DNA from: a virus
DNA length: 48,996 bases
Virus record (IMG/VR): IMGVR_UViG_3300045988_094163
Direction: 5' to 3' (one strand)
Shown: positions 23,617 through 30,707 of the stretch, one piece after another
How the letters are laid out: every line of letters begins with the position of its first letter
How positions within the stretch are numbered: position 1 is the stretch's first letter
Program-made: the position numbers and the translations under genes
Notes under the pieces: model-generated
What the model saw: only the letters and a program-made list of their open reading frames with translations
Told to the model about the DNA's origin: nothing
Databases searched by the model: none

Positions 23617-24447
23617 CTAATCTTCCCAATCATCGTCAGAATCTTCATCATCCCAATCGTCAGAATCTTCCTCGTCTGCTTCTTCCAGAAGGTCAATATA
23701 ATATTCTTTTGTTTTCTTTGGCTTGCACTCAATGTCTCTGTCCTTACACAACTGGAACAACTCTTTTGCTGTCATACTCTCATAGTCCTGTCCTTCCTCT
23801 TCATCATCCCAATCGTCATTGTCGTCCTCTGGCTCATTCATCTTTCCTTTTATCGGCTTATTGTTTGACTTTGCACCCTTCTTTTTGTTTCTCTTCGGTG
23901 TTTCGTCCTCGTCCTCAAAATCTTCGGAATTGTCCGCAGGATAAGCCTTGTCAATACATTTCAACATTGCCTGTTCGGACATTGGTTTCACTTTTGTGTT
24001 TCGGAACTTCATCTTTTCCAGAGGAATCACGCTGTATGTTGTGTTCTGTCCTTTTCCGATTCTCTTAATCTCATAATCTCTATCGCACAATGTTCCATAA
24101 CTTTCATAAAGAGATGCAAGCGCAGGAACAGGAGAACAATTGTTGACTGCCGCCATAAGCAACTTTACTTCCTTGCTTTCATAATCATATACGCTCCACA
24201 CATACATGTTTCTTGTCCGTAAATCCTCATTCTCGCAATACTCGCAATCCCTTCCAAATACTTCTTGACATGGAACATTGATTCCCAACTGGAAACTGTC
24301 ATGGAAAGATACCTCAAGTCCATCTTCCATATCGGTGAGGAATCTTACTCTTACCTTGCTGTCCTCTTTGAAAAACAAAAACTTGCCTTTGCTTGTTCCG
24401 CTTTTCTTAATCTCATTCTTGATGTTTGCTAATTTGATTTTTCCCAT
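23617..24447 (-). CDS. gp32-like ssDNA-binding protein candidate with an acidic tail and a C-terminal HeH motif (276 aa)
   Basis: ATG 24447 (GAAAGGAAG upstream). H-x10-C-x7-C-x2-C (SFHDSFQLGINVPCQEVFGRDCEYC) resembles the T4 gp32 zinc site. Acidic region, HeH motif MTAKELFQLCKDRDIECKPKKTKEYYIDLLEEA, and tail DSDDDWED. No canonical OB-fold SSB found elsewhere. Confidence 0.45.
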   Translation of the reverse strand: MGKIKLANIKNEIKKSGTSKGKFLFFKEDSKVRVRFLTDMEDGLEVSFHDSFQLGINVPCQEVFGRDCEYCENEDLRTRNMYVWSVYDYESKEVKLLMAAVNNCSPVPALASLYESYGTLCDRDYEIKRIGKGQNTTYSVIPLEKMKFRNTKVKPMSEQAMLKCIDKAYPADNSEDFEDEDETPKRNKKKGAKSNNKPIKGKMNEPEDDNDDWDDEEEGQDYESMTAKELFQLCKDRDIECKPKKTKEYYIDLLEEADEEDSDDWDDEDSDDDWED

Positions 24448-24473
24448 TGTTTGTTCTTCCTTTCTTGTTTGTT

Positions 24474-24857
24474 TTACTTTTTGTTGAATTGAATGTCGAA
24501 CCCATCCAGACGAATTGCACAAAACTCTTTTGGGTTAATCATATACCCACCAAAAGATATGTATGCTGTTGTTCCTTGATAGTAGCAATTCTTTACAACC
24601 TGTTCAATCTGTTCAATTGTTTCTTTCTGTGCTTCTTTCGCCTCTCTTGCTAATTCCTTCATCAATTCTTTGTCAAACTCTGTTTTGTCAAGTTCTCTTG
24701 CAAATCCTATCACTTGTGTATATTCCTTGCACAACTCTTTGTATTCTTGACTATCTTCATTATAACTCTGTTCTATTACCTTGTCAATCCGTAATTCCTT
24801 CATGGTCTGTGCATGGAACAGCGTCATTCCCATCATCAACTTAAAACTAACTGTCAC
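24474..24857 (-). CDS. Hypothetical protein (127 aa)
   Basis: GTG start with AAGGAGGG 9 nt upstream. Overlaps the primase stop by 11 nt. Confidence 0.55.
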   Translation of the reverse strand: MTVSFKLMMGMTLFHAQTMKELRIDKVIEQSYNEDSQEYKELCKEYTQVIGFARELDKTEFDKELMKELAREAKEAQKETIEQIEQVVKNCYYQGTTAYISFGGYMINPKEFCAIRLDGFDIQFNKK

Positions 24858-25803
24858 GTTTATAATCCCTCCTTGTCCGTCTGATTGCCATTTTTAACTC
24901 TTGTTCCGACATTTCCCCTGCGTCCTTTACTCCTTCTGGATAATCAAACCTTATCACATGGAAAAACCGTTTTAAATACTCTGTACCCTTATTCCCTGCT
25001 TTGTCATTATCCAGAGCAGACACAACCGTTGTCACTCCTTTATCTTTCAACTTCTGTACTTGTTCATCTGATATGTGCCATCCCAAAATAGCAACAACAT
25101 TCTTAATGTGCCCTCTTGTCCTCAAACTAAGGTAATCCATGAACCCTTCGCAAACAAACACCACTTTGTTTTGTTCATATGTTCCACACAAGGTATCTCG
25201 CTTTCTAAAACCATCGTTGTATAAATACTTGCGCTTTTTTTCAACATACTTGTTCATGGTTCTGCCAACCCATCCTTTGAACTCCCCATTGTCTAATATT
25301 GGAAACAAAAACGGATAAGCAATATTATAGTTTGTTTTACAATGTGCAATGTTCAATGCTCTTTCATCAAATCCCCTTTGTTTCATATACTGTAAAACTT
25401 CATGTTCTTCTTTTGTGTGTATGTCATTCCAATCAACAGTTCGTAATCCATAATAATAGTCATGTGCTTCATTCAATGCTTGCTTGTTCTGCAATCTTCT
25501 TTTCTTCTTATACTTCACATTTAACTTTTTTACTTCATCACTGTTCAATATTTGTTCCAACAAAACACACGCTTGTAACTCATTTAATTCTGGATGTACC
25601 TTCCTCACAAAGTCTAGGGCATTTCCCTTTGCTTCACATCCAAAACAGAAGAAAGAACCATCTGTTAGGCACACCCTCATGGAAGGGTTTATATCCTCAT
25701 GGAAAGGGCAAATGATGTTAAAATCAGAGCTTACGACATCTGCAATCAGTCCATAATAGATAAGCACTTTTGCTAGTTCTTTCCCTCCATATTCTCTCGT
25801 CAT
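24847..25803 (-). CDS. dnaG: DnaG-type DNA primase (CHC2 zinc finger + TOPRIM), 318 aa
   Basis: CPFHEDINPSMRVCLTDGSFFCFGCEAKGNALDFV, plus TOPRIM VVFVCEGFMDYLSL and SALDNDKAGNKG. Confidence 0.85.
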   Translation of the reverse strand: MTREYGGKELAKVLIYYGLIADVVSSDFNIICPFHEDINPSMRVCLTDGSFFCFGCEAKGNALDFVRKVHPELNELQACVLLEQILNSDEVKKLNVKYKKKRRLQNKQALNEAHDYYYGLRTVDWNDIHTKEEHEVLQYMKQRGFDERALNIAHCKTNYNIAYPFLFPILDNGEFKGWVGRTMNKYVEKKRKYLYNDGFRKRDTLCGTYEQNKVVFVCEGFMDYLSLRTRGHIKNVVAILGWHISDEQVQKLKDKGVTTVVSALDNDKAGNKGTEYLKRFFHVIRFDYPEGVKDAGEMSEQELKMAIRRTRRDYKRDS

Positions 25804-25804
25804 G

Positions 25805-26347
25805 TTACCTCTTTAACTCTGTGATTCTGATGTATGGCTCTCCCATCTTCACAGTGTAACAACCTTCTATGTCTTTTGTTTTCAATGCCCCTGTTTCATA
25901 GTAGGTATCAAGTTTTGTTTCGTCAAGTTCTTCTGTCACATCAATGAACCTTTTGAACTTCTTTGGATCAACTCCGCATGTCTTTAAATACCGAATCAAA
26001 CCCTGCATATCATTTACTGTATATGTTTTGTTCACAACCTCACTGTATATGTCTTTCCCGACCTTCTGTTTTAACTTGTCCAGCAACCATGTCACTTTTT
26101 TTGTCCTTGCTCTTGTTACATTCAATTTCACATGGTTTGTATAATATCCTGCCCCCTCGTCAAGTTCTATTTCAAAACTGTTCTGTCCTTTTGGGAGACT
26201 TGTAAACATGAAATTTGAAATAGCAAGTTGTTCTTTCTTCCTCACCTCTTCATAATATTTGTCAAACTGTTTCTTTTCCTGTTGTGCATCATATAACTTT
26301 CTTACGCTGTCCTTAATCAGCAACATTGTTTTCTGCAAATCTTTCAT
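25805..26347 (-). CDS. Hypothetical replication-module protein (180 aa)
   Basis: AAGGTG RBS. Overlaps the upstream gene by 35 nt. Confidence 0.55.
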   Translation of the reverse strand: MKDLQKTMLLIKDSVRKLYDAQQEKKQFDKYYEEVRKKEQLAISNFMFTSLPKGQNSFEIELDEGAGYYTNHVKLNVTRARTKKVTWLLDKLKQKVGKDIYSEVVNKTYTVNDMQGLIRYLKTCGVDPKKFKRFIDVTEELDETKLDTYYETGALKTKDIEGCYTVKMGEPYIRITELKR

Positions 26348-27002
26348 TGATAAGCACCTTGCCTTTCTCTGTTCTCTGTTCTTTCAGATACATTGTAATG
26401 TCCTTCGGATAGGAACAATTCTTTGCACTTCCCTTGATGTAAAGCAACTCATCAAAACATAATTCTTTTTCTGTTCCTAACAGAGTAACAACTCTAACAA
26501 GTTCTTTTTTTCTGTTGATTCCAACAACCTTTGCTGTTCTTAACTTCTTGTAAATCTGTCCGTTTCTCGCTTCTACATAATGGACAAACACAACATAACT
26601 GCCTACCTTTAACTCGTTGTCATAGATTTCCTGTTTCTTTCTGTTTCCATACTTCTTCTCGATTTCTTCCAGTGTTTTTGCATATACAATGTAACCATCT
26701 TTGTCTCTGTTTGTTTTAACCTCTGGTGTATTCTCGCATGGTGCTTCTTCACAATCTGCACAAGTTTCAACTTCTTTTGTACACTCTGCTTCACCCCATG
26801 TTTCATTGTCGTCTGGCTGTCCTGCTTCATCAATCGCTTTCTGAATATCTTCATCAATGTCTGCCTGTTCCATATCCCACTTAATAAGTCTCTCGATTAA
26901 TTCTGGCTTCGTGAACTTCTTGCCTTTACTTTCTAATGTAAGCCCACGTTTTTTACTTTCTTCTCTTAACTCCTTCACTGTCATTGTTTCAAATTCTTTC
27001 AT
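26313..27002 (-). CDS. SAP/HeH-domain DNA-binding protein; first gene of the replication operon (229 aa)
   Basis: N-terminal MTVKELREESKKRGLTLESKGKKFTKPELIERLIK, an acidic Cys-containing linker, and a beta-rich C-terminal domain. AAAGGAGAACAAAACA-ATG context. Confidence 0.6.
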   Translation of the reverse strand: MKEFETMTVKELREESKKRGLTLESKGKKFTKPELIERLIKWDMEQADIDEDIQKAIDEAGQPDDNETWGEAECTKEVETCADCEEAPCENTPEVKTNRDKDGYIVYAKTLEEIEKKYGNRKKQEIYDNELKVGSYVVFVHYVEARNGQIYKKLRTAKVVGINRKKELVRVVTLLGTEKELCFDELLYIKGSAKNCSYPKDITMYLKEQRTEKGKVLINERFAENNVAD

Positions 27003-27053
27003 TGTTTTGTTCTCCTTTTCTGTTTGAATTGAATTTATTTATTTTATACTTTT

Positions 27054-27082
27054 ATTATACTACCAACACACCAACGTGTCAA
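27054..27082 (-). promoter_or_regulatory. Consensus sigma-A promoter for the replication operon
   Basis: TTGACA (27082-27077), 17-nt spacer, TATAAT (27059-27054). Confidence 0.75.
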
Positions 27083-27085
27083 TCG

Positions 27086-27244
27086 TTAAATTCCAAAAAA
27101 TGCAAGGAATATTCTTAATATGAATGGGGACATGATTATAGATATTGCCCCTAGTAACACTTCAAATTCTTCCCATGTAATTCCCCATTCTTTCCAGAAC
27201 CTCTGGAACTTCCTTTTCAACCTTCTTTTCTGTAATGGTGTCAC
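27086..27244 (-). CDS. Small membrane peptide (52 aa, GTG start), below the track cutoff
   Basis: GAAGGAGGG 8 nt upstream of GTG 27244. VTPLQKRRLKRKFQRFWKEWGITWEEFEVLLGAISIIMSPFILRIFLAFFGI has a basic N-terminus and a C-terminal TM helix. Purine-rich like the other genes. Confidence 0.5.
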   Translation of the reverse strand: MTPLQKRRLKRKFQRFWKEWGITWEEFEVLLGAISIIMSPFILRIFLAFFGI

Positions 27245-27278
27245 TGTACTTGCCCTCCTTCTCCGATTCTATTGTATG

Positions 27279-27320
27279 ATAGTGTGTTGATGAAAACAAC
27301 ACACTATTTTAAAATTTTTA
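27279..27320 (+). terminator. Hairpin with terminator geometry only in the plus orientation (the only plus-strand signal found in the genome)
   Basis: 11-bp perfect stem atagtgtgttg (27279-27289) / caacacactat (27297-27307). The plus strand continues TTTAAAATTTTTAAT, while on the minus strand the stem is followed by a non-U-rich sequence. Confidence 0.45.
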
Positions 27321-27360
27321 ATAACACATTGCTTTACTTAGTTCTGGATTGTTAAATTAT

Positions 27361-27379
27361 TCAATAACTATTTTATAAA
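27361..27379. repeat. Copy 2 of the exact 19-nt repeat (see 15553-15571)
   Basis: tcaataactattttataaa read at both sites. Confidence 0.85.
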
Positions 27380-27452
27380 ACATAATTTCTAAGTTCTTTA
27401 TCTTCTGGTTCTTCTAAATCAAGCCATTTGTCAACACCCTGTTGTAATTTAA

Positions 27453-27659
27453 TTAAAGCTGATTGATTTTATTGAACACTGTTGAAATTGTTCCTCTTGT
27501 AAACACTGTTTTTCCATCAACTCGTAGAGCATATAAAGGTCTGTATATATTCATGTTATTTCGTTCTATGATGGCTCTCTTCCCTGTTATTGTTTCTGTT
27601 ACTGCAATACCATTATCATCAAACTGTAATGTTTTAATAAATTCTCTTTCCTTCATCAT
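27453..27659 (-). CDS. Hypothetical early protein (68 aa)
   Basis: First ORF after terminator 27772-27814 and promoter 27723-27751. TAGGAGAACAAA-ATG context. Confidence 0.55.
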   Translation of the reverse strand: MMKEREFIKTLQFDDNGIAVTETITGKRAIIERNNMNIYRPLYALRVDGKTVFTRGTISTVFNKINQL

Positions 27660-27722
27660 TTTGTTCTCCTATCTTTTTGTTTTCTATCTTGCTTGGGAAT
27701 CTCATTCCCTTAACTTGATTAT

Positions 27723-27751
27723 ATAATAACATACTTTTCTATGTTCGTCAA
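27723..27751 (-). promoter_or_regulatory. Sigma-A-type promoter (probable first early promoter)
   Basis: TTGACG (27751-27746), 17-nt spacer, TGtTATTAT (-10 at 27728-27723). Confidence 0.6.
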
Positions 27752-27771
27752 TACATTTTTGTAAAAATTTC

Positions 27772-27814
27772 AAAAAAAATAAGCCCACCTGTAAACATAC
27801 AAGCAAGCTTATTT
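27772..27814 (-). terminator. Strong intrinsic terminator closing the accessory region
   Basis: 8-bp outer stem AAAUAAGC/GCUUAUUU with an inner extension, followed by UUUUU. Confidence 0.8.
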
Positions 27815-27856
27815 ATGTTCTATGTTTTGTTTCTTCCATGTTCTCACATTCCTGTT

Positions 27857-28450
27857 TTACTCCTGTACTTTCAACTTCCGCATTTTGTCTTTGTACTCAA
27901 CATGGATTTGTTTCTGTATCTCAACAATGTACAACAAATCATACCCTGTTCCGTTTAGTTCCTCACATAATCTGTATATCTTTTTTAGTTCATGTTGCAC
28001 GTCCTCAAGATAACACATCATCAAATTGTAATCAATGAGCCATCCCTTTTCATAGAACACACAACACACTGCTTCATAAAACTCTTTTGTTTTCTCTTCC
28101 CACTCTTTGTATTGCTTCATAGCAGAACGAACAAACTTTGTCAACACACTATCATCAATATCCATTCTAGTGTGATTGTACCATTCCTTCGGAATTACCT
28201 CTGGTTTTTCATGTCCTTTTATCGGTATCAGTTTGTTATGAATATCTAACACCTTTTTGTGTAACTTCCGCTTTCCTATGGATTCCTCATAATACTGTAA
28301 CTCATGTATTCGTTTAAATCCATGCAACCCGATAAAGTTAAAATAGTCAGACATTCCAGAATGAAACATAAGTGCCGTTGTCATATGTTTATCTACCTCT
28401 GCATATATCTCTATACATGATAACTCTTTTAGCTGTTCTTTGTCAAGCAT
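27857..28450 (-). CDS. Ferritin-like four-helix-bundle-type protein (197 aa); function unknown
   Basis: ALMFHSGMSDYFNFIGLHGFKRIHELQYYEESIGKRKLH parallels the ferritin/Dps pattern (f...gl.Gf......EE). GGGAGGGAAGG RBS. Confidence 0.35.
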   Translation of the reverse strand: MLDKEQLKELSCIEIYAEVDKHMTTALMFHSGMSDYFNFIGLHGFKRIHELQYYEESIGKRKLHKKVLDIHNKLIPIKGHEKPEVIPKEWYNHTRMDIDDSVLTKFVRSAMKQYKEWEEKTKEFYEAVCCVFYEKGWLIDYNLMMCYLEDVQHELKKIYRLCEELNGTGYDLLYIVEIQKQIHVEYKDKMRKLKVQE

Positions 28451-28664
28451 TTTCCTTCCCTCCTTCCAATAATTCTATAATATGGTCTATCTTATTGTCC
28501 TGTTCTTCCAGATGTTCATGTACATCTCGCAACGCTCCTTTTATCATGTCCTGTACATCACTTTCTGACAGGTTTTCCTCATAGTTTGCAACACCTATCA
28601 GAAACCCGATAAAAGCCATTGCGTCTAAAGTCCGTTGATTAAACCACCCATTGTCATTTCCCAT
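28443..28664 (-). CDS. Small TM + coiled-coil protein (73 aa); second protein with BhlA-like architecture
   Basis: ATG 28664 preferred over the track GTG 28673. TM helix LDAMAFIGFLIGVANY followed by an acidic helical tail. Confidence 0.45.
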   Translation of the reverse strand: MGNDNGWFNQRTLDAMAFIGFLIGVANYEENLSESDVQDMIKGALRDVHEHLEEQDNKIDHIIELLEGGKENA

Positions 28665-28682
28665 ATTAAACACCTACACTGT

Positions 28683-29063
28683 CTACGCAGGGATTGTAGG
28701 GAAATTAAATCCCGTCTTGCACAATTCACAAGCAGATACAACAAACAAACCAGTATCTGTTGCAACATTGGTATGATATACCCTTCTACTACGAATCTGG
28801 TCTGCATGAACATTGTTTCCACACTTTGTTATTAACGGGTACTGTGTTGTTCCTGTTCCAATCGTAACCGCAACAGTCTGCGCAGATGTTACATCCGGTA
28901 AAGCCTGTGCAACACAGATACAAACCTTTTCTTTGTTACTATATGTTTCCTGTGGAATATTCAGAACCAAAACAGAACCCACAAGTGTTACACTATTTGT
29001 TCTAACAAAATGTTCGCAACCTCCACACCCAAAACCATTATTATTGTATAAACTGCAAGCCAT
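28683..29063 (-). CDS. Cys-capped beta-rich protein of unrecognised family (126 aa)
   Basis: GAAGGAGGA RBS. N-terminal MACSLYNNNGFGCGGCEHF and C-terminal SACELCKTGF flank a beta-rich core (LVLNIPQETYSNKEKVCICVAQALP). Confidence 0.55.
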   Translation of the reverse strand: MACSLYNNNGFGCGGCEHFVRTNSVTLVGSVLVLNIPQETYSNKEKVCICVAQALPDVTSAQTVAVTIGTGTTQYPLITKCGNNVHADQIRSRRVYHTNVATDTGLFVVSACELCKTGFNFPTIPA

Positions 29064-29090
29064 CTTTTTTATCCTCCTTCATTTTTTAAT

Positions 29091-29121
29091 CAAAACAAAA
29101 GGGCGGTATTGAAACCGCCCC
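29091..29121 (-). terminator. Strong intrinsic terminator after 29145-29849
   Basis: GGGCGGU-UUCAAU-ACCGCCC followed by UUUUGUUUUG. Confidence 0.85.
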
Positions 29122-29144
29122 ATAACTCACGCTATATCAGCGGA

Positions 29145-29849
29145 TTAGCAACAAGAGTTACAACCACAACCATTTCCATATGTACCATATAATCCTCTTG
29201 TTGCATACATATTAGATTCATATGGTGAGCAGGTCAGATATGCAGGCGTTGGTGTTGGTCTTAACTGTCCGATAATGTTTGCACTCTGTGCCTGCTGTGA
29301 CAACTGGAAATTCGCTGTCTGCAACTGGTCACGAAGTGTCTGCACTTCATTCTGAACCATGTGGTCAATAATTCTCTGTGTGTTTCTGTCATTGTTCTGC
29401 ATGATGTCACAGCAACACTGACTTAACTGGAACTTTGCACTGTCAATGTTTCTGTTTGTTTCACAGCAACACTGCTGTGCGTCAAACCTGCTCTGGTTAA
29501 TTGCCGCATTTACTCCTGAGAATCCAGAACAAAGGTCACGCTGTACACCATTGAAACCATTGAGCATTGTTGTGTTCTGTGCATAGAATCCATCGCAAAG
29601 ACCATTTTCCAGACCATTCAGTTTGTTCATAACATTCTGGTTGTCAAATCCTCTCTGCACCTCTGCGCTTGTTGCAAGCTGTTCTGCTCCACGATTGTTT
29701 CCGAAGAAGCCACCTCCACCCCAAGCGAGTAGGAAGAATAAGAAAAACACCCAAGAACCATTGCCGCCAAACATTCCATCATTGTCATAGCCATCCCTCT
29801 GCAATGCGAGAGCATCTGCTACACTTAAACCGCTTCCATCCATACCCAT
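29145..29849 (-). CDS. Single-pass membrane protein with a Q/N-rich ectodomain and CCC motifs (234 aa); unrecognised family
   Basis: AAAGGAGG RBS. TM helix GGNGSWVFFLFFLLAWGGGGFFGNN. Internal duplications LCDGF/LCSGF and QQCCCE/SQCCCD. C-terminus GNGCGCNSCC. Confidence 0.6.
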   Translation of the reverse strand: MGMDGSGLSVADALALQRDGYDNDGMFGGNGSWVFFLFFLLAWGGGGFFGNNRGAEQLATSAEVQRGFDNQNVMNKLNGLENGLCDGFYAQNTTMLNGFNGVQRDLCSGFSGVNAAINQSRFDAQQCCCETNRNIDSAKFQLSQCCCDIMQNNDRNTQRIIDHMVQNEVQTLRDQLQTANFQLSQQAQSANIIGQLRPTPTPAYLTCSPYESNMYATRGLYGTYGNGCGCNSCC

Positions 29850-29888
29850 AGTATGTACCTCCTTTAAATTATTTTATTTATATAAACC

Positions 29889-30104
29889 TTATCGGTTTAT
29901 ACCATGATTGTTTTGTTTTCCCATCATTCCAGAAAACTGTTTTTCAAATTGTGCATAGGCTTCATTAAGGTCAATTCCTCTTTGTTTGCACAGATTGTTT
30001 GCAATCTGCTTTAACTCTTCCTCAGACTTTCCCTGTGCCATCTGTTGCGCTCTCTGAAATAACGGGTTACTTCTTAACATCTGATTTACCATTTGTTGCA
30101 TCAT
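29889..30104 (-). CDS. Small Q/M-rich helical protein (71 aa)
   Basis: GAAGGAGG 9 nt upstream. Overlaps the upstream gene by 38 nt. Confidence 0.55.
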   Translation of the reverse strand: MMQQMVNQMLRSNPLFQRAQQMAQGKSEEELKQIANNLCKQRGIDLNEAYAQFEKQFSGMMGKQNNHGINR

Positions 30105-30555
30105 AAGGCATTACCTCCTTCAACCCTTCAATCTGTCTGTTTAATTCTCCGACGATTCTTTCAAAATCTTCTCGTAACACATACTGCTGTGTTTTGTTTC
30201 CATTATCTCGTTTTGTTTCACCTTGTTTCTGTTCCTGTAACACATAGGTTTTCAATTCAGCAGAACCATCCAATAATATCTGTTTTGTGTAGATACAATT
30301 GTTTGCAATATCTGTAAACACAAATAATGTTCCGTCAAGGTCAATCATACTTGCTTTTGCTTCATCATAACTTGATACTGGTCTACCCTTTAGAGCTTGC
30401 ATCTGTGTTCCCATCTGCTGTGTATTCTGCATTTGATAATTGTTCGGCTGATATGTTCCAACATTATATTGCTGTTCCATCTGGTTCAACCGATTCTGTG
30501 CTAACTGCTGTTGGTATGGACTCATTCCATATCCAGTGTTGTAGTTTCCATACAT
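30067..30555 (-). CDS. Protein with a Q/N-rich low-complexity N-terminus and a compact C-terminal domain (162 aa)
   Basis: GAAGGAGGG RBS. The first 55 aa contain 14 Q and 8 N, followed by GRPVSSYDEAKASMIDLDGTLFVFTDIANNCIYTK. Confidence 0.6.
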   Translation of the reverse strand: MYGNYNTGYGMSPYQQQLAQNRLNQMEQQYNVGTYQPNNYQMQNTQQMGTQMQALKGRPVSSYDEAKASMIDLDGTLFVFTDIANNCIYTKQILLDGSAELKTYVLQEQKQGETKRDNGNKTQQYVLREDFERIVGELNRQIEGLKEVMPYDATNGKSDVKK

Positions 30556-30675
30556 CTATGTTCCCTCCTTCTATCTTCTCTGCTACTTCTCACCTTTGTT
30601 ATGATTCTATTATATAATGGGTAAAATTCTCGAAATATAAATAAAGTATACGTTAAGTATCTGAAAAGAATTGCA

Positions 30676-30701
30676 ACAAAAAAGGAGAGCTTTCGCTCTC
30701 C
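30676..30701 (-). terminator. Strong intrinsic terminator ending the head-tail operon
   Basis: GGAGAGC-GAAA-GCUCUCC followed by UUUUUUG. Confidence 0.9.
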
Positions 30702-30707
30702 CAATTC

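Noticed and set aside
27120-27290. 56-aa plus-strand ORF (MNGDMIIDIAPSNTS...RFYCMIVC) ending inside the plus-oriented terminator hairpin
   Set aside because: It is antisense to the better-supported 52-aa minus-strand peptide gene (strong RBS, purine-rich like all other genes), has only a weak AAGGAA at 10 nt, and has a low-complexity sequence. It stays a formal alternative in the antisense-RNA finding but is not called as a CDS.
30522-30704. 60-aa minus-strand ORF spanning the intergenic region upstream of 30555
   Set aside because: It starts inside the strong terminator hairpin (30676-30701), runs through the -10 box and RBS of the next gene, and has no RBS of its own.
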